Below are positions 17,701-27,268 of a stretch of DNA of 50,644 nt, in pieces. The notes below the pieces were generated by a model. It was not told the origin of the DNA. It did no database searches and was given only the letters and a program-made list of their open reading frames with translations. Each line of letters opens with the position of its first letter. Within the stretch, counting starts at the first letter, position 1. Source of the stretch: a virus. Lineage: Duplodnaviria > Caudoviricetes. The translations under genes were made by a program, and so were the position numbers. The DNA is taken from positions 1 to 50,644 of IMG/VR virus record IMGVR_UViG_3300035109_000050; one strand, given 5' to 3'.

Positions 17701-18912
17701 TCAGGCCGCCACCGCCGCGAACCGTAGCGGCATGAAGCTCGGATGCTTCACGTCATTCTGCGAGACCAGTTCGGCCGCGCGGGTCGGGTCGCCATAGAGC
17801 CGCCAGGCCAGCACGATCGACGGCAGCGCGCGCGCGGTCGAGACGATGACAATCGGCTTGAGCGAGATCGCCAGCGCCGAGAGATAGGCGGTCGCCGTGC
17901 CGCGCAGATTGGCGATGGCGTCGATCAGACCGACGCTCTCCTCGCCGACCGCCGCGGCGAGTTCATTGTCGAGCAGCGCGTTGAGTTGGTCGCGCGCCGT
18001 CACCGCGTCGGGCCGGCTGGCGTAAGTCGCGGTCAGCAGCGCGTTGACATAGCCGGTAATCAAGATCAGCCGCGCCACTTGCGCCAGCGTCGCCGCGTTG
18101 CTCTGCAGCAGCCCCGCCGATGCGGTCAGCGCCGGCTGCGCTAGGGTGGGCGCGGGGAAGGCCGCGACGGCGAGGGCGAAGGCTCCCATCGCGGTTTGCG
18201 GGGTCATCGCGGCTGCGAGCGCGACCGCGTTGGCGGTCAGCGTCGTGATGATGCTCGGATCGAGCCCGCCGACCCCATCGACGGCGGCGGGAATGGCGGC
18301 GGTCGCTTGCACATTGGCGAGGCCGACCGCCGCGCTGCCGGTGGTTTGCGTCGTCGATCCCGTGCGGATGCTCTCCAGCGCGGCCGGAATTTCGTCGAGC
18401 GCCGCGACGGTGGCGGCGTTGATCCAGTTGGGCTGGCCGGCGACGGCGACGGTCGACGCCCGCGCGGCGATCGCCGCGCCGAGCGCGCCGGCGGCGTCGA
18501 ACCCGAGCTGCGCCAGATGGGCCGGCGAGGCCGTGACGGTCGCGGCGCCCTCGCGCACGAAGCTGAGTTCGAACGTGACCTTGCCGAGCTCGTCGCGCGA
18601 GCGCGACCGCGACCAGGGCCGCTGCGCCCGCGCCTGAATCGGTCCGAGGTCCGGCAGCACCAGCGTGCCCGGGCCTTGGGTCGACAGCGCCGTCTCCAGC
18701 GCGTCGGAATCGGCGTCGGCCGCATCGCCGACGATATAGCCGGTCACGCGATAGACGCGCGGCCCGTCGCCCATGTCCTCGTTGAACGGGACGTCGTTAT
18801 GCGGGAACTCATGGATCGCGACGCGCCGGCCGCCCTCGCGCGTGTCGCGCTCGACCCAGAACGGCACGCCCATGTAGGAGGCGGGATAGAGCGTCGCGGT
18901 CCAGTCACGCAT
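17701..18912 (-). CDS. Mu gpN-like DNA circularisation protein
   Basis: W...LYPASYMGVPF.V...GGRRVAIHEFP..D....EDMG; C-terminal LPSIVLAWRLYGD..RA.EL...N.VKHPSFMP. Confidence 0.92.
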   Translation of the reverse strand: MRDWTATLYPASYMGVPFWVERDTREGGRRVAIHEFPHNDVPFNEDMGDGPRVYRVTGYIVGDAADADSDALETALSTQGPGTLVLPDLGPIQARAQRPWSRSRSRDELGKVTFELSFVREGAATVTASPAHLAQLGFDAAGALGAAIAARASTVAVAGQPNWINAATVAALDEIPAALESIRTGSTTQTTGSAAVGLANVQATAAIPAAVDGVGGLDPSIITTLTANAVALAAAMTPQTAMGAFALAVAAFPAPTLAQPALTASAGLLQSNAATLAQVARLILITGYVNALLTATYASRPDAVTARDQLNALLDNELAAAVGEESVGLIDAIANLRGTATAYLSALAISLKPIVIVSTARALPSIVLAWRLYGDPTRAAELVSQNDVKHPSFMPLRFAAVAA

Positions 18913-19123
18913 GATCGCGCTTCAGCCAAGCCGCCTCGAAAATATGCGAGCGACGACAAAGCGCCAGCGCATCGTCCCTGTCGAAGGCTATGGTGACAAT
19001 TAAATCGAGGGAGAGAATCCGATCGCCGCTGTCCAAAACATTACTATGCCGCATAAGCCCAAAGCCGTAGCGCTTGAGAATATATACGGCCTGCTCGATT
19101 GCGATTTCTTCATCTGTCGGCAT
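18905..19123 (-). CDS. Hypothetical 72-aa protein, lower GC (moron-like)
   Basis: GGAGAG RBS; fills the gap inside the tail operon; AT-richer than its neighbours. Confidence 0.55.
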   Translation of the reverse strand: MPTDEEIAIEQAVYILKRYGFGLMRHSNVLDSGDRILSLDLIVTIAFDRDDALALCRRSHIFEAAWLKRDHA

Positions 19124-19149
19124 CGATTCTCTCCATGCATCGCATCGAA

Positions 19150-20253
19150 CTATTTCCCGGCTATCGGCGGAACATCATTGGCCGGCGGCGTCGTCCCGCC
19201 GGCGGTGGCCTTGGGCGTGCCGCCGTCGGTCACGGCCGCCGGCGTCGCCCCCGGCCCGCGCCCGGCGAGATGGTTGCGATAGGCTTCCTCGGCGAGGCGG
19301 CGGCGCTCGGCGTCGCTGCGCCTTGGAGCCTTCGGCCGCTCGAACAGCGTGTTGACGATATGGGCCTTTTGCGAAACGGTCCTGGCGCGCTGCATCGCCC
19401 GGTAGGCCTTGGCCTCGCGGCCGTGCATCTCGTTCCAAATGTGGTCGACCTGCGCGTCGAGGCTTGGATTCCTCAGCCCCTGCTTGCGCTTGCCTTCCCA
19501 TTGGCCGGCGCCCCAGGCGGCGTCGCCCGAGTCGCCGCCGGTCGGCGGGTTGAGCACCACCGGATGGCCCGGCAATTGGTTGCCGCCGCTCTCGTGCATC
19601 ATATTGCCGGTGATCGCCGCCGCGTCCTTCGGCGAAAAACCCCGGCGCACCAGCGCGCGGTGAAATTCCTGGTGCGGGACGATCCCGCGCCGGTCCATGT
19701 GCGGCGACCAGTCCGCGACCGAAGGGGCGGCGGCGCGGTCGCGATGGCCAAGAGCGACCCGGCCAGCGTGCGGCGCGTGAGGCGCCGCGCCGGCCGGCGC
19801 GAACGGATTCTCACGGGCGTTCCAGCTCTTGGCGAACGCCTCGCGCTTGCGGGCGGCTTCCGCCTCGTAACCCGCCGCCTCGGCGCCGGTCATCGGGCCA
19901 TGCGGATGGAAGCTCTTGTCGCGGTGGCTCAGCGCCACGCGGCCGGCGTGGCCGTGCTTGGGTTGTGGATGCGCCGGCGCGGCCGGATGCGCCGGCGCGG
20001 GGCCGGTGGGCGAGAGACTATGCGGCGAGAGACTATGCGGCGCGGCGTGGCGCGGCGTGGTCGCGCCGCCGGAGACGCGCGGCGTGTGGCTCGGCGAGGA
20101 CGGCCGGCGAAGCGGCGCGGCGAAGGCGCCCGGCGGCAGGGCCGAAAGCCCCGCGCCGGCCTCGGCCCCGTCGCCGCCGTAGCTGGCCTCGCTGGTCGAA
20201 GCGCCTGTGTTTGGCCCGAACAGCAGCCGCGTCGTCAGGGTGATGACCGGCAT
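19150..20253 (-). CDS. Tail-associated lysozyme with P/H/A-rich N-terminal region
   Basis: GFS..DAAAITGNMMHESG, AWGAGQW.G.R, QVDHIWNEM, FERP. TAATG-coupled to the tape measure gene. Confidence 0.8.
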   Translation of the reverse strand: MPVITLTTRLLFGPNTGASTSEASYGGDGAEAGAGLSALPPGAFAAPLRRPSSPSHTPRVSGGATTPRHAAPHSLSPHSLSPTGPAPAHPAAPAHPQPKHGHAGRVALSHRDKSFHPHGPMTGAEAAGYEAEAARKREAFAKSWNARENPFAPAGAAPHAPHAGRVALGHRDRAAAPSVADWSPHMDRRGIVPHQEFHRALVRRGFSPKDAAAITGNMMHESGGNQLPGHPVVLNPPTGGDSGDAAWGAGQWEGKRKQGLRNPSLDAQVDHIWNEMHGREAKAYRAMQRARTVSQKAHIVNTLFERPKAPRRSDAERRRLAEEAYRNHLAGRGPGATPAAVTDGGTPKATAGGTTPPANDVPPIAGK

Positions 20254-22163
20254 TACTCGCCGTTCCAGGCGCCCGGCGTCGCTTCCGGCATCGAGCGGCC
20301 GGTGTCGGCGCGCAGATTGCCGGAAGCCGCGATACGTTGATCGATGCGCGCGTCGAGCATCGGCTCGTTTAGAACGATCTCGACGCGGTTGGTGATCGCC
20401 GCCGCGCCGTCGAGCTGAACCTTTTGCGCCCTGTCCGGACCGAGCGACGGATAAAGACCGCCGAGGCGGTTGACATTGGCCCAATCCTTGGCCGGCCGCA
20501 TCCGCAGCATCGCCGCGTCGCCGGCATAACCGCCGCTGGCGGGGAACAGCGTGTCGTCGAACCGGGGTAATGGAAAGAGATCGTGGAACGCGTTTTTCGC
20601 GCCCTCGTAAAGCTCCTTGCCGCGCGCGCCGAGCTGGGGGCGCCAGTCGAACCCGCTGGATGGCTCGCTCGGCTCGACCTTCGGCGCGGCCTCGCCCTTG
20701 CGCATCCGGCCGAAAACGTCGGAGGCTTTTTCGTGCGGCGCGAAATTTTCGTCGTAAAGCTTTTTGCCCTCCGGCCCGAGCCAATGATCGCGCGCGAATT
20801 TGGCGAGGCCGGCGAGGAAACTGTCGCTCTTTTGCACGGCGGCGTCGAACTGCGCGACCGCCTTGGAGAAGCCGGCGATCTGCGGCGAGAAATCCTTGAC
20901 GAGACCCTGAAACGCCGTGCCGGCGACAGATTCCAGCGACGACTTGAACCCCTGCCAGATCGTGCTCGGGTCCCTGTTGGTCATCTTCTCGGCGGCGGAA
21001 AGGCCGGCGGCCTTCTCGATCAGCGCCGCGTCCTTATCTATCCGCGCCTGCTGAGTCGCCAATATGCCGACGAGCTGCGCGGTCTGGGTGTTCTGGAAGT
21101 CCTGGCTGATGCGCTGCGAAATGCCTTCCTTGCTGGTCACGCCGGCGCGGGCCAGCGCCGGAAGGTAATATTGCTTGATCCATTCGTTCGGATTGCTCTG
21201 CGCGAGGCGCCAGCCCTCGACATGCTCGCCGGGCTTGAACCCCTTGGCCTCGCCGGTTTTGGTGTAGGTCAGCGCGTCGTGGCGGATCAGCCCGAGCGAC
21301 GCGAGGTCTTTCAGCGCGGCGTGTTTCATCACGCCGCCGATCAGCGCGTTGTTGAAGCCGCTGACCGCCTTGCCGAACGACGAGCCGCCCATTTCCTGCG
21401 CCAGCGTCGGCGCGGTCGAGAGGATGAACTTTTCCGAGAGGGTCGGCGTCGCCTGCCGGCCATATTTGAACATCTCGTAATATTGATAGGGCTTCAGCGT
21501 GTCGCCGAAGGCGTTCACGCCCTTGGCGATGCCCTCCATATATTCGAGGAATTGCGCCTTGTTCTGCGTGACGCCCTTGATTTCAAGGCCCTTGATCAGT
21601 TGATCGAGGTCCTCGGTCACGTCGGCGCCGGGCCGCGCCGCTTGCGCCAGGATGCGCAGCTTGGCCATCGGTTCGAGGATCTCGGCGGCTTCCTCGTAGG
21701 TGCCGACGATCGAACGGGCGTTGCGCAGCATGTGCATGCCGGTCGTCGTGTCGATCGACGGCATTTGGGCGTGAACGTCGGCGGCCTTGCGCTGCGCCTC
21801 GGCGATCTCGTCGGGGTCCATCCCGGCCGCGCCCATGCGCATCTGCTCGTGCACGCGGGCGCTCGCCGCCGTGACCGCCTGATGCGCCGAAACGACCGTG
21901 CCGACCGTGGCCGCCAGCGCGGCGACCTGGCGCGCGATCATCGCGCCGCCGGCCGCCATCAGGCCGCCACCGCCGCCACCACCGACCACCGCGGCCTGCG
22001 CCCGCGCGACCGATTGCGCGCTCTGCGACATCCGCGCGGTGATGCTGGAGACTTGCGACGCGGTTTTCGACATCGCGGCGATCTTGGCCTCGATCGCCTG
22101 AAACGCCGGGCCGGTGCGATCGTCGGCGGTGATAATCGCTTTGGCTTCGAGAATGGTGGCCAT
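20253..22163 (-). CDS. Tape measure protein
   Basis: N-terminal AIITADDRTGPAF, Ala-rich helical sequence, position after the tail chaperone. Confidence 0.85.
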   Translation of the reverse strand: MATILEAKAIITADDRTGPAFQAIEAKIAAMSKTASQVSSITARMSQSAQSVARAQAAVVGGGGGGGLMAAGGAMIARQVAALAATVGTVVSAHQAVTAASARVHEQMRMGAAGMDPDEIAEAQRKAADVHAQMPSIDTTTGMHMLRNARSIVGTYEEAAEILEPMAKLRILAQAARPGADVTEDLDQLIKGLEIKGVTQNKAQFLEYMEGIAKGVNAFGDTLKPYQYYEMFKYGRQATPTLSEKFILSTAPTLAQEMGGSSFGKAVSGFNNALIGGVMKHAALKDLASLGLIRHDALTYTKTGEAKGFKPGEHVEGWRLAQSNPNEWIKQYYLPALARAGVTSKEGISQRISQDFQNTQTAQLVGILATQQARIDKDAALIEKAAGLSAAEKMTNRDPSTIWQGFKSSLESVAGTAFQGLVKDFSPQIAGFSKAVAQFDAAVQKSDSFLAGLAKFARDHWLGPEGKKLYDENFAPHEKASDVFGRMRKGEAAPKVEPSEPSSGFDWRPQLGARGKELYEGAKNAFHDLFPLPRFDDTLFPASGGYAGDAAMLRMRPAKDWANVNRLGGLYPSLGPDRAQKVQLDGAAAITNRVEIVLNEPMLDARIDQRIAASGNLRADTGRSMPEATPGAWNGE

Positions 22164-22167
22164 TCAT

Positions 22168-22359
22168 TCACCCTGCTTTGATGAACTTCTTACGCCGCTC
22201 CTGCCAACTGGCGCCGCGACGGAAGGCCATGCCAAGTTCCTCGAACGTCATTTCGTCCGCGCTGCGATAATCAATATAGCGCCATTCGAATACTAGGAAT
22301 CCGAAGTAATCTTCAACCTGCCGCGCTCCAAAATTCTCTCGTAGGCCTTGGTAAAAAAA
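22168..22359 (-). CDS. -1 frameshift extension of the tail chaperone (GT/E'-like)
   Basis: Slippery GGTTTTTTTA (7 T at 22353-22359). The -1 frame reads FFYQG...LVFEWR..ADEMTFEEL and ends 4 bp before the TMP start. Confidence 0.75.
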   Translation of the reverse strand, partial: FFYQGLRENFGARQVEDYFGFLVFEWRYIDYRSADEMTFEELGMAFRRGASWQERRKKFIKAG

Positions 22360-22655
22360 CCGAATAGCGCGGCCCGGACCTGAAGGCCGTCCTCCAGCGA
22401 GAGCTGCGAATAGAGCGCCGCGCCGCCGCCATCGACCGGATTCTCGCCGTCGAGCGACAGCAGCGCGCCGATATATTGGCCGATCGCCTGCTCCTGATTG
22501 ATCGAATAAGAGCCGCCGTCCGCCAGCCGCACGGCGATTTCCAGTTCGCCGAACCGCGCCAGATGGCTGGCGGTCGGCGGCCGCAGATAGAGCGTCGCGA
22601 CGGGCTTGTCGAACCATTTGAAGTCGGGCGTAAGCAGATCGATCCGCGTGGACAT
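22293..22655 (-). CDS. Tail assembly chaperone (short form)
   Basis: LYLRPPTA..L...G, LSLEDG..V..AL.GFF; between tube and TMP. Confidence 0.8.
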   Translation of the reverse strand: MSTRIDLLTPDFKWFDKPVATLYLRPPTASHLARFGELEIAVRLADGGSYSINQEQAIGQYIGALLSLDGENPVDGGGAALYSQLSLEDGLQVRAALFGFFTKAYERILERGRLKITSDS

Positions 22656-22662
22656 GGGAACC

Positions 22663-23037
22663 TCAAGCCGCCGACTTGGTGAAGCTCTGCGAGCGCAGCT
22701 TCAGGCCGGTGACTTCGCCGGTGTGGTGGTCGACGCGCGGCTTGCCCTCGAACTGGGCGTTGGTCCAGGTGTAGAGCCGCCCGGTCTGGGTCTCGTTCAG
22801 CGCGATGTTGTAGGGGCCGCCGCGGATGATCACGTCCCAGCTCAGGGTCGAGCCGTCGGGCAGGTCCTGAAACACCGGCTCGGACACCCAGCCATCCGGC
22901 TTCATCGTGCGATACAGCGAATTGTCCTGATTGGCGCCGCCGTCGACCTGGATGTTCGTCGGCTCGCTGTCGAATTTGGCGCGCAGCACCAACTGCTGGC
23001 CGTTGACCGTGAAGTTCATCTCGCCGCCGAAATCCAT
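22663..23037 (-). CDS. Tail tube protein (Mu gpM-like)
   Basis: 124 aa after the sheath; GGEMNFTVNG..L, GEVTGLK; AAGGAG RBS. Confidence 0.8.
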   Translation of the reverse strand: MDFGGEMNFTVNGQQLVLRAKFDSEPTNIQVDGGANQDNSLYRTMKPDGWVSEPVFQDLPDGSTLSWDVIIRGGPYNIALNETQTGRLYTWTNAQFEGKPRVDHHTGEVTGLKLRSQSFTKSAA

Positions 23038-23076
23038 CGCGGGCGCTCCTTATGTTGACGTGGAACAGAACGCCGC

Positions 23077-24609
23077 TCAGGCGGCCTGCGCGAATTGGCG
23101 GTAGATCGTCGCGTTGACCGCGAGGATGTCGAACGGCTGCACTTCCTCGAGCGGCAGGTAGCAATCGACGCGGGCCGAATTGTCGGGGTTGATCGCCAGC
23201 AGCATGTTGGCCGCCGTCGTCGCCAGGTCGTCGAACACGCCCTGATTTTCGAGCGTCGTCACCGCGCCGATCAGCGACGCCTTGATGTCGCCGAGCGTCG
23301 CGACGGATTGCAGCGACGCTGGGTTTTCCTTCTTCAGCGACTTGTTGCCCTGCTCCTGGCTGACGACGTAGCGGATATAGGGCAGCCCGAAGCCGAGCTG
23401 ATAGATCGATTGCACGCCCTGGAAGGTCGTGTCGGGCGACCCCGCCGGATTGGTCTTATACGCGGTGACGGTCTTGTCGATCGTCACCTGTCCCGAGGCG
23501 TTGACGCGGTTGGTGGAGATCGACGCCTGCAGTAATTGGTTGCGGGCGTTGTAATTGTCCCAGGTGGTCGTATCGCGTGGCGGCAGCGATTCGAGCGTCG
23601 CGCGGTTGGATTGGTTGCACGAGACGCGGCCGGTGACGATATCGGAAAGCCACGGGGCCTCCAGCGCGGCGCGCTCGGCCACCCAGATCCATGAGGGCGT
23701 CGGCGTGCCGTTGGTGAAGCCGCCGGGGCGGCCGATCGGCACCAATTGGCGCGCGTTGGCCAGCGCCAGGCCGGCGGTGATGCGCGTCGCGAAATTACCG
23801 GACACCGGGAACCAATAGGCGCCGTAAACCTGCTGGTTCCACGACCAGCGGCCGGCGGCGTCGCCAAAGAAGGTCCAGGCCGCCGAAAGCGTGGTCGCGT
23901 CGGCGAACGGCGACACCACGAAATCGGCCTTTTGCAGCCCGATCGCCGCGAACGCCCCCGCCATGTTGGGCGGCGTGCCAGTCCCAGCCGTGACGGAAGC
24001 ATAGGTCAGCGTGCCGCTGAACACGTTCCAGCTGTTCGGCGGAACGTAATAATCGAAATCGTTCATGATGGCGCCGGCGTGGCGCGCGGTCAGGGTCACG
24101 ATGGCGGCGGAGGCGGTCGCGGTGACCGGCAGCATCGCCGAGGTCAGCGAATCGTAATAGCCGTTGATCGCGGCGGCGAGATTGGCGGCGATGGTGGTCG
24201 GCGTGTCGGTCGACAGCACGGCGATCTGCAGAATCTTGCCGCACAGCACGACATAGCCGGCGCCGGGCGCGGGCTGCGGCGAGGCGCCGACCGTGATGGT
24301 CCAGCTCGCCTTGGTGGTGCCGGGGTCGGCCACCGCCTCGAGCCAGATCGGCTGCGCCGGGGCGATCGCCTGGGCGACGCGATACATTTCGCGCAGCATC
24401 GAGCCGGGGCCGCACAGCGCGTCGGCCTGCTGCTGCGACGCGCAGGGGGTCGGCGTGTTGAGCGCCAGGCTGCCCGCCGAGGTGATATAGCCCTGCAGGA
24501 TCATCCGCGACGTGGTTCCGTAGGAGCCGCCGCTGTTGACCTCGAACGCGAAAGTCGGCGCGACCAGGCCGGAGCCGGGAATGGAAGTAAAGGCGACTGG
24601 ATCGGTCAT
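23077..24609 (-). CDS. Contractile tail sheath (Mu gpL-like)
   Basis: FTSIP....P....EV, GPGSMLREMY, LPVTA, VTLTARHAG..N, RNQLL, VTAYKTN.AG.PD, NPDNSARVD. Confidence 0.92.
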   Translation of the reverse strand: MTDPVAFTSIPGSGLVAPTFAFEVNSGGSYGTTSRMILQGYITSAGSLALNTPTPCASQQQADALCGPGSMLREMYRVAQAIAPAQPIWLEAVADPGTTKASWTITVGASPQPAPGAGYVVLCGKILQIAVLSTDTPTTIAANLAAAINGYYDSLTSAMLPVTATASAAIVTLTARHAGAIMNDFDYYVPPNSWNVFSGTLTYASVTAGTGTPPNMAGAFAAIGLQKADFVVSPFADATTLSAAWTFFGDAAGRWSWNQQVYGAYWFPVSGNFATRITAGLALANARQLVPIGRPGGFTNGTPTPSWIWVAERAALEAPWLSDIVTGRVSCNQSNRATLESLPPRDTTTWDNYNARNQLLQASISTNRVNASGQVTIDKTVTAYKTNPAGSPDTTFQGVQSIYQLGFGLPYIRYVVSQEQGNKSLKKENPASLQSVATLGDIKASLIGAVTTLENQGVFDDLATTAANMLLAINPDNSARVDCYLPLEEVQPFDILAVNATIYRQFAQAA

Positions 24610-24649
24610 GGAGGGGCCTTTATCGGGTTAGCTGGCGGCGCGCGGCGGA

Positions 24650-24886
24650 TTACTGGGCGGATTCGGCGGGCGCGGCGGCGGCGGCGCGTTTGTCGGCCTC
24701 GGCGATCTCGGCCTCGGTCATGAAGCGGATCGAGCCGTCGGCGATCAGCTGGTGCCAATGGGAGTCGCGCATGTCGACGGTCTCGCCGTCCTGCGAAAAC
24801 TGGCGGTGGCCGCCCGGCGCGCGGATCGTATGGGTCGGATCGACCAGCGCGACGCGGCGGAAGTGGGTCTGATCAGCTTGGGACAT
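24650..24886 (-). CDS. DUF2635 / Mu gp38-like small protein
   Basis: IR.P......DGE.V....HWHQLIADGSI, immediately before the sheath gene. Confidence 0.7.
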   Translation of the reverse strand: MSQADQTHFRRVALVDPTHTIRAPGGHRQFSQDGETVDMRDSHWHQLIADGSIRFMTEAEIAEADKRAAAAAPAESAQ

Positions 24887-25727
24887 TGGTGAACACCATG
24901 GTTTCTTGAGCGTTGGCGGCGACGACCTCGGCGACCGTCTGGCCCGGGGCGGGCGTGACGGCCGGGCCGATCCCGAGATTGAGCGTGAATGGCGCGGAGC
25001 CGAGCGGGGTCGGACCCGGCATGGCGGCGGCGAGCGCGGCGCACAGCGTCGCGCCGGACGAGCCGAGCGAGAGGCCCAGCGCCACGTCGCGCAGCGGATA
25101 AGGCAGCGCGGCGAGGCCCTCTCCCAGCGTCGCGCCGGGCGCGGGCCAGCACGTCGTCTTGACCTTGATGTGAAACTTCACGGTGCGCAGCGCGAGCCGC
25201 AGGGTGCGGTCGGCGGCGCGCTGCGGATCGGAGTGGATCAGATGGGTTTCCATCGCCACCTTGCGCAGCAGCGCGGCGCTGGCGACCTGGTTGCGGCCGT
25301 CGAAGATGTAGGAGACCTGCGCCTCCAGCACGTCGAGCAGCGCGGCCTGCTGGCGGTCGGTAACGGGGGCCTCCGCCGTGCCGACGCTGATGGTCTCGCC
25401 GGCGGCGTTGACGAAGGTCACGACGCCCTGCGCGCCGATCGACAATTCGACGACCAGCGTGACCATCTCTTCCCGCGGCGGATATTTCAGCGCGCCATAG
25501 GGAGCGACGTTGCTCTCCTCGGTGTAGACGATGATGACCGGCTTGTTGGCGATCGCCGCGAGGGCGATATCGAGGTCTTCCTGCGTCTCGCTATGGGCCA
25601 ACAGGTCGAGCCGCTCCTCATAGACCTCGGCCCCGGCCAGCGTCGGCCACGGGCCGGAGCCAGCCGCGGCGGCCGGGTTCAGCGCCTCGATCGCGGCGAG
25701 GCGCAGGGCGAGGCGCGACAGCGACAT
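24873..25727 (-). CDS. Neck / tail-terminator-like protein
   Basis: MSLSRLALRLAAIEAL...PTLAG..V...PVIIVYTE; TAATG-coupled; synteny. Confidence 0.65.
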   Translation of the reverse strand: MSLSRLALRLAAIEALNPAAAAGSGPWPTLAGAEVYEERLDLLAHSETQEDLDIALAAIANKPVIIVYTEESNVAPYGALKYPPREEMVTLVVELSIGAQGVVTFVNAAGETISVGTAEAPVTDRQQAALLDVLEAQVSYIFDGRNQVASAALLRKVAMETHLIHSDPQRAADRTLRLALRTVKFHIKVKTTCWPAPGATLGEGLAALPYPLRDVALGLSLGSSGATLCAALAAAMPGPTPLGSAPFTLNLGIGPAVTPAPGQTVAEVVAANAQETMVFTNVPS

Positions 25728-26140
25728 TACGAGGGAGTCCCGAGGCTGTTGATCGGCGCGACGACGATGCCGGTCTTGGTCACATGCGGCGTCGCCACCT
25801 GATAGGATCGGCCGTTGGAGGCGCGGGTCAGAATGTCGCCGGCGCGCAGCGCGAAGGCGTTGGGGTTGGTCGGCGCGGGCGGGAATTCGACCCGCGGCGA
25901 CCCGATTTGCGAGCCGGGCCGCTGGTCGGCGCGCGGATCGTAGGCGTTGACGATGTTGGGATTGGCCGGCTTCTCGAAATAGATGCCGATCAAGTCTTGC
26001 GGCGGCCGCGTGACGTCGGGAACGGCCGGCGCGGTCTTGTCGGCCGCCGGCGTCATGGGCTGATGCGCCCACTCCTCGCCATGATGGGCGAAGGCCGGCG
26101 CGAGCTTGGCGCGCGCCAGCGCGACGAAGGGCGAGACCAT
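25727..26140 (-). CDS. Head-tail joining protein (gpFII-like)
   Basis: Follows the capsid gene; LRAGDIL.R....YQV; AAAGG RBS. Confidence 0.65.
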   Translation of the reverse strand: MVSPFVALARAKLAPAFAHHGEEWAHQPMTPAADKTAPAVPDVTRPPQDLIGIYFEKPANPNIVNAYDPRADQRPGSQIGSPRVEFPPAPTNPNAFALRAGDILTRASNGRSYQVATPHVTKTGIVVAPINSLGTPS

Positions 26141-26190
26141 GGGGTGCCTTTAGCGAGCGGTTGGGCTGGCCCAGAGCGAGCGCGGCGAGC

Positions 26191-27210
26191 CTAATCCGTG
26201 CCGTAGCCCAGTGCTTGCGGCATCACGCAGACCGGCAACGGGTAGGAATACATTTCGATGTCGGCATACATCTGACGCTTGCTATCCACGATGATCATTT
26301 CGTAGATTTCCTTGCCCGGCGTATTGACGAACTCGAAGCTTTCGCCGGGCGACATCGCCCATTGGAAGATGCCGGCGCCGACCGGGAAGATCTTGAATCC
26401 GCTGGTCGCGACCGCGACCGTCGAATTGTCGTCGGTGCCGCGGTAATTGACCCAATAGACGCCGCCAAACTTGAAGATCGAGAATTCCTCTCCGACCTTC
26501 TCGCGCAGATCGGCGGCCTCGGCCCAGTTCAAATAGGTGCGGCTGACGTCGGGATGCTGCGTGAACAAATCGAAGAAGGCGTCGCCGCACAGCGCGTAGA
26601 ACCGCACGCCGGGATGATCGAGACCCGCCAGCTGGCGCTTGATCGTGCGCTTCATGACGTTGATCTGGCCGCGCAGCGTGCCCACCGTCGCGGCGGCGAG
26701 GCCGAGCGCGCCGAAATTCTGCTTGGTCTGGCTGAATTGCGACGCCCAATCATAAATCAGCGTGCCGTCGGCGTCATAGGTATATCCCTGCACCAGATTG
26801 AGCAGGTGATATTCCTTGGTCAGCTCGAAATCGCGGCGCAGTTTCAGATTGCGACGGCCAATCTCCATCTGCAGCGACTGCAGTTCGGTGACCGAACCGA
26901 AGGCGCGCATGTTCTGCAGCTCGGAAGCCTTGATGCGCGATTTCTTGCCGATGCGAACGGTCTTGAAGTTGCGCGCGTCGCGATAATCCGGCGCCTTGTC
27001 GGGCAACGGCGAACCGCGCGGCGAGGTTTGAATGAGCGCCGGACCGCTGAGCCGCGTCTCGATGAAGATTTCCTCGGTCATCACCGGCGCGGGCTCATAG
27101 AGCCCGGGCAACCCGGACAGAAACTGCGGCACGAAGGGGTATTTATCCACCGAGGCCGTCAGGCTCATGGCCGTGAACGGATCGGCGTTGAAAACGTCCA
27201 TAGTCAGCAT
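26191..27210 (-). CDS. Major capsid protein (lambda gpE family)
   Basis: MDVFNADPF..MSLT.SV, LIQTSPRGSP, ELQNMRAFGS, ALCGD.FFD....HPDV, SYPLPVC.MP. Confidence 0.93.
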   Translation of the reverse strand: MLTMDVFNADPFTAMSLTASVDKYPFVPQFLSGLPGLYEPAPVMTEEIFIETRLSGPALIQTSPRGSPLPDKAPDYRDARNFKTVRIGKKSRIKASELQNMRAFGSVTELQSLQMEIGRRNLKLRRDFELTKEYHLLNLVQGYTYDADGTLIYDWASQFSQTKQNFGALGLAAATVGTLRGQINVMKRTIKRQLAGLDHPGVRFYALCGDAFFDLFTQHPDVSRTYLNWAEAADLREKVGEEFSIFKFGGVYWVNYRGTDDNSTVAVATSGFKIFPVGAGIFQWAMSPGESFEFVNTPGKEIYEMIIVDSKRQMYADIEMYSYPLPVCVMPQALGYGTD

Positions 27211-27268
27211 GGAAGGAGTTCCTTATTGCGAAGCGCGTAAACGACGAGGCGCGAGGATGAAGCCGCCG

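Noticed and set aside
19150-20784. Frameshifted fusion of the lysozyme ORF with the tape measure gene
   Set aside because: The upstream extension is R-rich shadow sequence; a clean TAATG stop/start overlap at 20251-20255 explains two separate genes.
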